Positions 11,047 to 22,801 of a stretch of 64,000 bases of DNA are shown one piece after another. The stretch lies in assembly GCA_036172245.1 (NCBI GenBank), contig JAYWIR010000009.1, positions 3,348,001 through 3,412,000 on the forward strand, given 5' to 3'. The stretch comes from Raillietiella orientalis (taxonomy: Eukaryota). Under the pieces are notes generated by a model. That model saw only the letters and a list, made by a program, of their open reading frames with translations, made no database searches and had not been told where the DNA came from. The translations under genes and the position numbers were made by a program. The stretch's first letter is position 1. The number at the start of each line of letters is the position of its first letter.

Positions 11047-14000
11047 AGTAGAGTGAGAACAAGTAGTTTCTTTTTGTGTCCCTTGGAATTTTCGTATTTT
11101 TGCAAATTAAAGTGATTTGAAAACTCGTGGAATCTGCAGTCTGCTGTAAATGTACATCCTTGAAACATTGATAAGGGAAGTACATTACTTGATATGTTGT
11201 GCAATTGTAACTGTGATTGTTGGAATAATAAAAGATCTGGTCCAGTCTCTTGTGTTTTATCTGGTGCGATTTTCTGCTTTTTGCAAACATCCTTCCCGTT
11301 TTGAGGGAGAAATAAAGCTTCCGTCTGAATGATGCTGTGATGCGATAATCCAGAAGACTTATCGTTCACCTTTGCCCAATCTCACAGAAAACTATCGGAT
11401 GCCATTGGAGTATTAACATGCCAGTGCTCAACATAGCACTGTAGAACCACTTGTATGTTTACGAATATTTCTTGATACAAAATGCACGTTTCAAGAAATT
11501 GCTTAAAGCAGCTTTTCTCATAATCTCATGGAAAGTGGGAAGCCACTTGTATGTGTGTGTGTGAATAGCTTAATATTTGGAATGTGGGCATCTTCAAAAA
11601 TGTGGCTTTCCGTTCGATGTAAAAAACCTGGCAATTTTCGAAAAGCGGTTTGTAAAGTTCCCAGGAATGCCGCAAGACATCCTAAAGAGATGGACACCTG
11701 AGGATGGCGGGCGGGGCAAGCAGAAACACATCGTACACAACTTGCCGTGCATGTATTCCAGACCAGTGTTCTACAGATAGCGAAACAGGCCCCCTCCCGA
11801 TGCGAAATCCAAGGGGATTCCAGGGACCCGGGGATGGTTACCCTTGATTTTTGTTTTCTTCGATTACGAGGAGGCCACGAAGACAGAATGCACCGATTGC
11901 CCCCGAGGTCTGTTGTACTCTTCAGGTGTGTCAGGTCCATGAGACTTGTGTTGCTTTGAATAAGAGGAGGGGGAGAGAGAGACTCCCAAACCTTCCTTGT
12001 TTTCGAAAGGAATCGGCAGCGTCGAGTTTCGAGGTTTCTCCAATAGCCCCATATCCCGTGAGTTGTTAAGCGAAAGGATTGTCCGGTCGTTTCGCACACT
12101 GTCGAAAACCTCCAGTGTGTCCCTGTTTTTTTCCCTCGAGACTGACGGACTGGGATCCAGTGCAATCCTTATTTTTTGCCGTGCTTGCACCTGTCGGAAG
12201 CTGACTTCCGCTTAGTTCGGTCAGGCAGTGCACCTATCTGAAGCGATAGAAAAGACCTCAGATGTCCTTGGTCTCTGAGGACATATGGAGCCCTGACAGA
12301 TGGTTCCCCTCTTCCGGATTTCGACTGATGTTTACGATCGTGTCTACGATATCTGAGTCGGGTAAACGGATGCGGCCCGAGGAAATTTTTTATCTAGGTA
12401 AACAGCAGCAGCAGTGCCAGTCAGACCGCATTTGAGTGGTACGTGATATACGCATCTACTCAAATGCAGCTTTGTAATATCTGTTCAACCACCTACTTGC
12501 CTATGCAGTTTCATCTTTTTCGTTATGAAATGCGATACATAATTATCTCCCTCTCAAGGTTGTTATTACATCTATGACAACTTCCTGTGCGCTGTTGGAT
12601 TAATTTCCGCGTAGAGTGTCCACGCGAGAATACTTTAGGGAGGGATCTGTCAGCGAAACGTTGTGTCCGTTTTCAAAGTGCATGCTGCGAGCCTGGCGTA
12701 GTGACGCTGCTGGAGGGCGCTGCAAGAGTTCCCCAGCTCTTTCATCGGGTAAATGCGTCCCGAGCAGAGGGGACACTTAATCGGCACTCAAAGTGGAGTT
12801 CTTTCTTACCCCGAACCACTTAGCACGGGCAGGTCAACCCAGCACAGCCACTCCTGTTTCCACGTTTGTGTTCTGCTGCTAGAGGAATTGTGTCCAGCGT
12901 GGGAAGGGCCCTGCAGATTGTCGACCAGTCTTTCCAGAGCGAGGATTAAGCAGGAAGCGAGTGCTCTGCCAGGCATCTGTTCTCGTTTGCTCCCTGGCCT
13001 CGAAGTGCTGTCAGGAGCGCGAGACATCCCGAGTGATCTCGCGGGAGCAATTCTGGAAACCGAAAAGACGCGAATCGGAGTGGTTCGTTTTTCAGGTGCC
13101 GTTTGATGGACGGACTTCAGGCAGCGGCATAAAAGAGGAACTTGCAATACCAAGTCGGACGTCCCGCTCCCATCTTTTCCTGCGATTTTCGTGCTGTGCT
13201 GTCTCAAACGGAGCGGAGGGTTTGCAAGGCGTTTGCGTGCGTCTGCTCATACGGAGTATCTCTTAGGCACTGGCGTTTCACGCTGAAGAGCCTGTTATGC
13301 CCCTCGTGGCGCAGCTACGTTTCCATCTCGTATCACTTTGTCTTCTGCAATCATGGAGAATGTTGAGTCGCCACTCGACATCAACAACCCAACATTCGAA
13401 GTAGTCTTTTTCTCCGCAATTCAAGCTGGTCCGGTAATCCAGTGCACAGAACGGTTCTCTCTCATTGTGTGAAGCAGTAAAGTACTCGTTCGGAGAGCTT
13501 CGATGGTAAGAATGCAGGGAATGGAGGGGCAGGGAGCTTTTCGGAGAATTCATGCTGCAGAGATGCGGCGCCAGAGAGTTCGATTTCCCAGAGAGCCGAG
13601 CGAGGTCCTTCAGCGAACGTTCCTCTTATGCCAAAGTACTAGGGTGTGCGGAACGCACACCGAAAAGGCACCACCGCCATCGGCACCGGACTCGGATGCC
13701 TCGCAATTTCTCTGAGAGCAAGCGAAGTGCCCTAACCAAAAAGAGGTTGGGGGCCGCAGCCCATAATCTTATTGATGCTTAGTGATCGCTTTTATGTTCG
13801 GCTAGAAGAATGTCCGACCCCATTTTCATGTGACCCTCACGCCGACCTGTTCCTCCTATGCCCTTGCTTGACGTGAAATAGCAATGCTTCACGGTTCCAT
13901 TTTCACAACCGGAGGGGAAACCCCGAAAGGGTGAAAATGGCTCCTTGATTCCTAGAAGGACCCCGGACGGTCGACTCCCAGTCCTGGTCAGCCAGCGGGG

Positions 14001-14117
14001 GATGTTCGGCTTTCACCAGTGCAGCACTCGAAGACCATAAGTTCAACCAACCAGCGTCATCCTGCAGGGGAAACACGAAACCCACGACGACATACCCCAC
14101 GTTCTCGGCGTTGACTC

Positions 14118-14227
14118 TTCCCCTGGCGAGATTCGAACCCGCGACGCCTGGTGCCTTCATGCGCGCAGACTGAAACAAACGACCGCCAACGCGGGCCGGT
14201 GGCCTGATTCCAAGTCACCACCAAAGA
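14118..14227 (-). other. tRNA-like sequence (degenerate tRNA gene or tRNA-derived SINE head)
   Basis: Minus strand has a canonical T-arm GCGGG-TTCGAAT-CTCGC followed by CAGGGGAA, and an A-box-like TGGTGACTTGG about 80 nt upstream. Acceptor, D and anticodon stems pair poorly and the spacing is too long. Confidence 0.3.
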
Positions 14228-14499
14228 GTCTGTGAGCCGTACAGCAGCAACACGTTGTGCCGTGCAAAGGTGAACCGAAAAACAGGCTGTCATCCGCCAA
14301 GAAGCGCGGAGTTCACGCCTCTTCTGCGCCTTTGGTGCTGCTGGTGCGCAACCCGGCACGACGCAGCTCGTGCTGGCTGCTTGTGGAAGGAGCAGCCCTT
14401 GCTTTTTCTCAGTGGGCGCGGCTCTCAACGACTCGCTCTTGAACCTCACAGAGCAGCACCGGACCCGTGTTCGTAGACGTCCACGGCATCCCTCCGGGA

Positions 14500-15415
14500 G
14501 GCAACTAGTCGCAGGAGGGACCTGCAGAGTCCGGCGGAGTCTGGAGGTCTGGAAGCTGCGCGGCGTGGAGCTGCTGTTTCCGGCACCGCCTCTGGCAGGG
14601 TCGACGCGCGTCCAGCCGCTGTTCTCTCTGGGGGTCTTGGGGACGCCCGATGCTCTTCGTGGCCTCCCTGGAGAACAGGGTCATCCTCTGGCTGTCCGTC
14701 AACTATGGGGAGGGCCGCGTCTTCGTCGAGGTGGGCAGGCCCGGAGCTCCGAGGTCTTCACCATCGGCATGTCGCGCGTCTGGTGACCTTCGACCCCGCC
14801 GGGGCGAGGCGGCTCCGGAGCCATGCTGTTCCGCATCTGCAAACCGGACGTCGCTGGAGTACGTGCGGACCCTGATGGTGACCTTTCCGTCGGAGGTCAA
14901 GGTCTGGAGCGAAGGATTTGGCGGGACCTTCCTGCTGGTCTGCAGCGTTGGGGAGATCGGTCCCGAGGGCAGCGCAAAAGCGCCTGCTACGGCTGCTGAT
15001 CAGGGCGGCATTTGGACCGTGCGGGCGCGGTGCTCAAGCACCACGTGCGGGTCTCCTAGGTCTTCCGCATTCGCTTGGATATCTTCCTGGCAGTCGCCAA
15101 CCGCAACGACGATCCTGTGCTGTACCGTCTCGACGGAGGGACCGTGGATCTTACGGGAGAACCAGCGGTTCCGCACGAGCGCCGCCAGCGACTGAAAATG
15201 CTTCGCCCTGGTGTTGCGTGACCACCCGAGTCACTTCCTGGCGGTGGCTAACGAGTACGAGATGGGAGCCGAACGGGGGAAGGACGATCTCCATCATCTA
15301 CCAGCTGTCCCGGGGTTACTTCGTCCCCTTTAAGTACCCGCGGACGCCCGTGAGAGAGGGGCAGCGCTTCCTCCTCGCTCTGGCCGGCCTGGAACTCTTC
15401 GCGTACGACGGCTAG
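14500..15415 (+). pseudogene. Decayed EPTP/EAR-repeat protein (TSPEAR/Closca-like)
   Basis: Repeat motifs VFRIRLDIFLAVAN, QRFRTSAASD*KCF, HFLAVANEY and SIIYQLSRGYFVPF are split across frames. Stops TAG (15057-15059) and TGA (15193-15195) sit where the EAR-repeat Trp is expected. Confidence 0.65.
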
Positions 15416-16066
15416 CATTTCTCCAGGGTGGCGCGCCGCACCCGCCAGTGCACTTATCCTCCGTGCCCCGGGGCGGTGGCACCCTCCTAGCCGTCTCCAG
15501 CAGCGGCGACCCCGAGAGAAAAAAAATAAAACAGCGCAGGGTTGGAGGTTCGGCGCCATGGAGCGACTCATCAGGTCAAGCACGCTTGTGGTCTGGACGA
15601 AGGTCACGGAATCCGGTGCGCACACCTATTTTGCCTCCTGAGCCCTTGGGCCTGTGAGGTGGCGCGCGTTCAGGAAACACGGTAGCGAGTCGGGGGAATT
15701 TTTTTTTCCGTAGTGACCTCCTGCAAAAAGGACGGACCGCTGGCGACGGAGTGGCATCGCAAACAACGGTCCTTCCTGCCGGATGGGAAAAATTATCATC
15801 TCTGCATTTTTCGGCATCCGTTCGCGCCTCGGCTCCTAAAAATACCAGAAAGCCAAGACCTGCTGGAGCGCGTCAGATGCTCGGGAACCAGCGGTCAGCT
15901 TCCCGGACGAAGGAACGTTTTCGCGATCGCGCCTGCTTTCCCGAAATCCCCCGAGCTCGCAAGAAAATCGGTCCTGGACGCGTGCGTTTGAAGTACCCCG
16001 ACGGGTTTTCCGCCTCTGCGCTGCGGCCCTTTGACTCCCGCTTGATCCGAGCCGCTGTTCGGTTTT

Positions 16067-16920
16067 CACCAGGGTAGGCCGGGGCATTTATTTATAAAAT
16101 AAACAAACATTGACCAGATCGGTGGTTGGATCTGTAGTCCAGCCCCGTCCTTTTCGTATATACCTTGCCTCATTACCGGTTCGCAGACCACTGAGGTCCA
16201 CCACGGAAGCAAAGGGGAGGGGGTAAACCAAATAAAAATAAAACAATTTGGGGGGGGTTGCGGGAAGGGATCATTGTCTGCTGGGGGCGGTCCTCTGCAT
16301 CCTATGGATGATGCTCTTGATGTTCTTGCCCAGGTAAGGCCCTTTTGTTGCCATCCTCATGAAGCGGATGGTTAAGTGAATGGCATCCCTATCGCTGGGT
16401 CCTCCTCTAGCGTCTCTCCAGGTCGCTGCGATCCCGCGCAGACAGCATAGGGGGCTGCCGGCCGAAGGGCGTCGCGAACGAGGAGGGGTTTGATGACGTC
16501 CCTGGAGTTACCGCGGGGGTTCCTAGGGCCGCGGCAAAGCGTTGCCAGAAGGGTCGAAGGGCAACACAGTCCCACAAGCAGGTGCGGGAGGGATTCATGC
16601 TCCCCGCACCTGCCACAGTTGGGGTCCACACATCCCCGAATCCAGTGATGCGGCGGGCGTTGCACGGGATGTCCCCCCGTGCAGCAGCATCAACGTCGAC
16701 TCCTGCCACTTCATGGGGAGGGGCGGGTGTTCATGAGCACCGGGGGTCACTGTAGATCTTCAACCGGAAGTTCCAGTAGCTCACCCCAGCGCAAAAGTCC
16801 TCGGGGGAGGGGAAGGGGGCACACGGGGGTCGCAGCGTCCGTGAGCTGGTGCGTCTTCCACTCGCCCAGTCTTCTCCTTCCGGAGATCCGCACAGTAAGC
16901 TCCCATCCAGCCGCGGCTCG
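16067..16920 (-). mobile_element. 5'-truncated non-LTR retrotransposon (L1/Tx1-type) 3' end, copy A
   Basis: ORF2 C-terminal zinc-binding motif DPNCGRCGEHESLPHLL..C. Homologous to 26705-27640 and 51400-52360. Ends in the family 3' motif AATAAA+20 nt..GGTG. Confidence 0.8.
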
Positions 16921-17439
16921 GAAGCAGGATGAAGTTATCTGGCCCGAAACGACGACTCCTGTAAAAAGTTGCCGACAACTTTTCGCGCTCGTGGGGTGCA
17001 CAATTTGCAAGCGAGGGCGGCAGGCGTTTGCAGCTTCGCCGTTTCTCCTCTTGGCCTCTTTTGCCGCTTAGGAAAAAAAAAAAAAAGAAGAAGCAAAAAG
17101 GGGGAGGGCGGGGGTAGCAGTAAGTGTGGGCTGAGCAAGGACGAAGGCAAGACGAAGGCATGTCGTCGTTTTTTTTTTTTTTTTTTGCGTGTGTCTCATC
17201 CCGGCAGACCGAGATGCGGAGATGTCCGAGAGTGGCCACAGTTTTCCCGATGCCCAACGCTTTTTGTCTCTGTGCATCTGAAAAACCTGCGAATGGAAGT
17301 TTCTCATCCCCTCCGGTAAACCACACGCGACACACCCAAGTGGCTCCACTCGGCGTGCCATTTCGCGAGGAACGCAGACACGCGCGTTTGCGAGGAGGAG
17401 TGAAGTGCCGTGTCCCTCCTCCTCCAGACACTCGGATTT

Positions 17440-18600
17440 GTGAGTCATTAGAATTGCGCAGATGCTAACGGCAGAGCTTCGAACCACTTTTTGACATCCG
17501 TCGCGACGACGCTTCGGCGTTGACTGGGAAAATGCCCGAAGGAACATTCCGTCGATATTAATACATAGTACATGAGCACGAAGTGCCCTGGCAATCCGTA
17601 CATAGAAGGACATTCTCGGGGAAGCTGTTTGCCACAATCGTGGGCGCAGTGGAATGTGTTTCCTTGGTGGTGGGTGTGTTCGAGTGCCGTGCTGCACGGC
17701 TCGCATCCATTCTGTGTTGAAATTCCCCTCAACTTCAACGACGCCATTCGACACGCCGAAGAAAATCTCTTTGACGCTATGTGGAGGCGTGCATCGGTTC
17801 CGGTCACACTTTCCGCAGCATCCTTGCGAGCAGACCCACGGGGTCGGCTTCGGCCATATGCCCTACTTGGAAAACCTGCCGTGGAAACCGATCGTCGTGA
17901 AGACGGGGCAATCTCCGTGCTCTCTCCGAACGCGAGCTCGGAACGAGTCCTGCAGCGGTTTGATGTATGTGCCGGGGGGTCCGTCCTCGGTTCAGGCAGT
18001 GGAAAGATTCGTTTCTTCTACTTCGACGGTGGGCGATGAAGGCTGCAGCTTGGCAACAGACCTTCAGATGGGCGCTTCCCGCCTTTGCGGAAAGCGAGGC
18101 AAAGGAGCAGCAGTCCATCAGGAAATCGTCGGTAGACCAGGAGGCCGAAAACGCAATGTGCGCGTTCTTGCACACCAGGGCTTCGGTTGCGGTCGCCGGA
18201 AGCCCCTTCGGCATTGCAGCAACGCCCTGCATACACACCAGAGGCTTCTTCGCCGCCCGCAAGCTTTCTGGCGCCTTTCTTATTGCATAAATAACCAACC
18301 GGGGCGCGTCCTAGCCATCCGACTGGCGGGCTGTTTTCGGCGTAGGTTTCAGAGCTTTCCCCGAACCTTTCCCACGGATCTTTCAGGGCGGAAGGACCGC
18401 AGGCTCCGTACTCCGAAGATGCCAGTTCGTTTTACAGCTTGTCAGCGCCACGCGCCGCGTTTTGATCTATCGGTTCAGGGTGGAGAAATTCCGCGTTCAA
18501 TCTTCCGGCAAAGTACCGTGCTCTCCCGGCACCACGCGCAGTCGTCTCGCAGGATGCTTTCGGAGTCCAGGAAAGCGCTTGGAACCGGTTCCAGCGCTTT
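17440..18600 (+). pseudogene. Decayed GH31 alpha-glucosidase-like fragment
   Basis: Ordered matches to the GH31 N-terminal region: VLHGSHPFC (NLYGSHPFY), EDGAISV..SERVLQRF (GGILDV..PKSVVQQY), QWKDSFLLLRRW (YWGLGFHLCRW), FQSFP (FRDFP) and GKVP.PG (GKVWPG). Frameshifts and stops; no catalytic WIDMNE motif seen. Confidence 0.4.
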
Positions 18601-21600
18601 CCTGGCTGGATCCGAGGCGCTAAGTGCGTTCCTGTAGCTTCTACCACCAGCCCGACGCACGTACGATGACTCTCCACGAAGAGCAGAGCGGATCGATGGT
18701 TCGAGAGGAAGCGCGAACCGACGGCTGGAACCACCCGCATCATTTTTTAAAAGGTTGAAGGCCTTCATACCATTCTCCAAAAATCTCGCACTTTTTTTCC
18801 TCAGTCGGGGAAGATTTCACGGTTGCATAGGGATGGGCAGAAAGCATGCTCACGTATAGCGTATAGTACGTGTTCCCTGACATGTTACCGGAAGAGGTCC
18901 TGATTATCATAATTTCAAGATTCTTAGATAAGCTGAAAAAATACCTGTATTTTTGTATGCTTGCTTCGTTGCCGTTGGTCAGTTTTTTTGTTTTGTTTTT
19001 TGGAAATCAAAAGGACGTGCAGACTGCGAAGAACGGGCGCCGCGAAAGCGAGCAAAGTGCTGTGCCGGCTTGAATGTCGCCTCCCTCAAGGTGAGTGTCT
19101 GTGGTGTGTTTCCAGCGGTCCCTGGGAAAATTTTCAAGCTGCAAACACGAAACAGCCGCAGCAGGACTTCCGAGGGGGTCAGTGGGTGAAAAATGGAAAC
19201 CTCCAGATATTTCCAGGTACAGAATACCTTTATACCTATTCCAGACAGAGCCCAACCATTGCTGCGTAGTTCAAACCTGTTTAAGCCTGTTGGATTCTGT
19301 CCACCTCTGGGGCTGCTTACTGCTTCCACCTTTTCCGGTACACTCGAGTGTTGCTTTGTCGTGTTGTGCCCAGAGTTGACCAGAGTTTGCTCACGCTGAC
19401 TCTGACTGCCATAGTTTGTCTGCACGATCCTGCACTGCTGTGTGCACCTTGGACCGAGTTTTTTTCCCTTTGCATCCCCTGCGTTTGCAAGGATTGGAAT
19501 CTTTCCAGCAGCTGCGTTGGCACTAATCATGTTAAGGCGGCTTCAACAGCCTTACCTAGAACTCGACTAGACTTTGTGCTGCGTTTTTTGCTGCTATGTT
19601 CCGAACAAGTGTTGGCGAAGGTTCCTTTTCGATGGCATCTGAGCACCTCTTCACACTCTCTTACGGACCAAAAAGTTCTTTCTCGTTGAAGTGCACCCAC
19701 GAAACAAAAAGAACCACACGTGGTGACGAGTGTTCGGGAGATGCACGTGTTCTGTTGTTTCCTCTCCGCCCTCCCCGTTTTCCACCCGACAACGGAACAC
19801 TTCCTCATCCGAACCACATCTTCATCACTCTTCCCATTCACTTGTATCTCCTTTGATTTCCCTTCCTTCCCTTCTATCTTCATCCATCTCATCAATCGTA
19901 ATTCTAAAACTGGGAACATTACCATCCCGCTACTGGCTTTTTACGTCTCTTCATGCTTGTCAACCACCATCCTTCTCCAAATGTGCGTGCCACACAAAGA
20001 AAAACGCCTTCCGAAAAACGAAACACTTGTCTGTGCATCCAAGGAATGCCTTGCAGACACGTAAGTCTCCCCGTACGTGGTTTGCGCGGCCGAGGCGCGT
20101 CTTCAGGTTTCAATCAGCCATGTAAGGGATGAATGTCTCTCTCCATGCTCTTTGATCTCCGGTGAGAGGCGAAAGATCTGAGCGGTCCGAGGTTTCGTTT
20201 TTCTGGTTTCCTTGTTGCTACATCAAACGGGGCTGTGTGAACTGCTACTGGAATTCGATTGCCACGGAAAAAAACGAAGCTACTCGCCCATAAAGTGGAC
20301 GTTTAGACTTTTTAACGGTTCATAGGAGGGACTGACGGATGACAAGAAGTAGAAACCCCGCGTTTTCGAATGTGAGACCCCGTGAAATTATCGTGTAAAT
20401 CCCGGTTCTTCGACTTGAACCGTTTGATACCAAAACGAGGATCAATCTACGAAGGTGGTACTTGATTGCTTCTGGTGCTGCAGCAGTAGGGCGTGTGAAT
20501 ACCATTCGACAAGCTATGAATCCTTCTTCAAACTTCTTTCCGGCTTGGTTTCGTATTCCTTGGGATGTTTTTGGACCCCTTTTTCTTGGAGGACAATTGC
20601 ATTTTGTGTTGCAATTCATAATTAGCGACGTATTCGATGACAGCAGAGGTAGCAAGGCCTTTGCCGGGAAGCCATCTATCCGAGGTCTCGTCAAATTACC
20701 TGTTCACATTACTGAGGCTCAAGCAGGGGGATCGCGTAGGTGTGCTTCTCTGCTTGACATGCTATCCGGTCGACTAAAAGAATAGGCATCTCAAGACCGT
20801 CCAGAGACTGGCTATAGGCTTATTTCAAAAAAAAAAAAAAAAATTCAATTCAGTCTCTTAGCACACTTGGAACTTTCGTTTTGTGCGCTACATCAGCTGT
20901 TCCCAGAGTTTTGGCTGAAGACGCAGCAGTGCGAACCACACCGTGGGCTTCGGTCAAGTCCTTCGGCGACTCTGTAACATCGCCGCGCGTTTCCGTTCGG
21001 CATCGTTTCGAGGTTCTTCATGCATTTACGTGAGCAACTGGCAGAAAGCAATGCAACAGCAGCAGTATTTGGTGGAGGGGCTGTGCCTTCGAATGTTCCA
21101 AAATTCCACTGTTATCGAAGCATGAGCTTGGATCCTTTGACTGGAGTCTGCTGCGCTATGAAGATCTTTTCAACTTCCCACCAACCTTGCTGGAAAAAAA
21201 GGGAAAGGAAAAAGCCAAAAGGACGCCGTACTGGGCGCATTTTTTTAAACTGGAATCTGGGAGCAGAGTGCGTCTATAAAGGTCTAAGAACAGAAAAGGA
21301 ATGGAAAGATGAGCGCAGATGAACAAATTCGAAGAGTGCACCTCCTCATACGAGCTACAAAAAAGTGCTCACGGCGTAGACGTGCTGGATTTCCGCATTC
21401 GGCAGCATCCACAGTACGTGATCCAGTAGACCTCCATCATGGTCATCTTTGAAGATATATCTGTACGAGAAGCAACGAGATGGAAGTCGAACTCGGAAGA
21501 AAGGCTTAGCGCTCTCAAGAGATGTTTCGTACCAGTGGTCTGGAAAGAACGGGCACATGGCTACAGGAATCAGCCGGTTCCCCCCAGTGGAACTTGGGGA

Positions 21601-22801
21601 ATTTCGAAGAACGTGAGATTCGTCTCACCCGTGCGGGACACCCTGTGGCGCTCTGCGTGTGCCATCCGCCGCCCTCTGACGCGCCACCCCAGGAACGCGT
21701 CAGAACGAAACGAAAGGCTGCCGAATTTTCGAAAACCCTTTTTCGTTCGGGTGAATTCGGTTGAAGCTGAAGACAAAACCGTGCGATGCCATCCAGCGGG
21801 ACCCATTTTTTTTCAAAGGGCAGCAAAAACATGCGACTCGTGCATGTGTGTGCGTACACCTACCTATTTACCATGTAAATTTTAATTCGCTTTGGAATTC
21901 CAAGAGACAGGTGCTGGGGCGCGCTCAAATTCATCAAACATCGGTCGTGACCCACAACCACAGCAACAGCCCCTGCAATACGAAACTGGAGGAGTCTCCA
22001 CCCCTGACCCCGTGCGCTGGCTTGGTCTCGTTCCACGATGGGTCATCCCGCGGTCGGAGGTTACGCCTTCGGGAGTCTTCCTTCGATCCCGTGTTGACTT
22101 CCGCTTTCAAAGGGAATAATCCGTCCTGATCGGACGCTTGCAACGAAATACTTATAAGGCATCACAGTTGTGTAAAATTTTAATGTAAAATTTCGTTCGA
22201 GCCGGTCGAGCTCCGGAACGATTTCTGGATGCGATGGCTCACGGCTTGTCAAGTCATCGTCGTCTCATTTGCCAACTGGGCATCAGTCCGAAAGTCGAAT
22301 TTTGCTCTGTGCTGGTCAAGGCATGTGGAAGCATGAACCACTTTTCCAATGTTTTCTGGGTGGTTGCGGCAAGCAGTGTGGACGGGATCACCCACAAGTA
22401 CGAAACCAACGAACATCCGCGAGAACAACCTGTGCGGAATATTCATGCACCGAATGGTCCTGCTTTCACAGATAACACAAGGGCATGCTAGAAAGATACT
22501 TGTTATAAAACATATGGCAATTAGAATTTAGGAATTTCAGCACAAAATAGAACTACGAAAACTTAGTGTACACAGAATAAAAACGAATCGTGAACAAAAC
22601 TTTCTATCATCAATGGCTCCACAATAGTTCATGGCTGATGTGGAGTCTGATGCAATTGGCTGGCCAATGGGGAATCACAGAGCACCAGTTGCACATAGAA
22701 CACACATGGCATAAGTGGCAGCACACTAGAGAGTATTCCTATTTATACTTTGCAATTTCAGATATGCAAATGAGTCAAATTTTTCAAGTACAGGCAGGGG
22801 A

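Noticed and set aside
11050..13700. Possible minus-strand multi-exon gene or TE remnant
   Set aside because: Splice-like sites are present, but the exon joins I tested hit stops and no family motif was recognisable.
15057..15195. In-frame TGA/TAG in the EPTP fragment as recoding (selenocysteine or readthrough)
   Set aside because: Both stop types occur together with frameshifts, and neighbouring genes use TGA/TAA as normal stops; pseudogenisation is simpler.
18900..20800. Scattered donor/acceptor sites suggesting a minus-strand gene
   Set aside because: No recognisable product; exon structure unsupported without transcript data.
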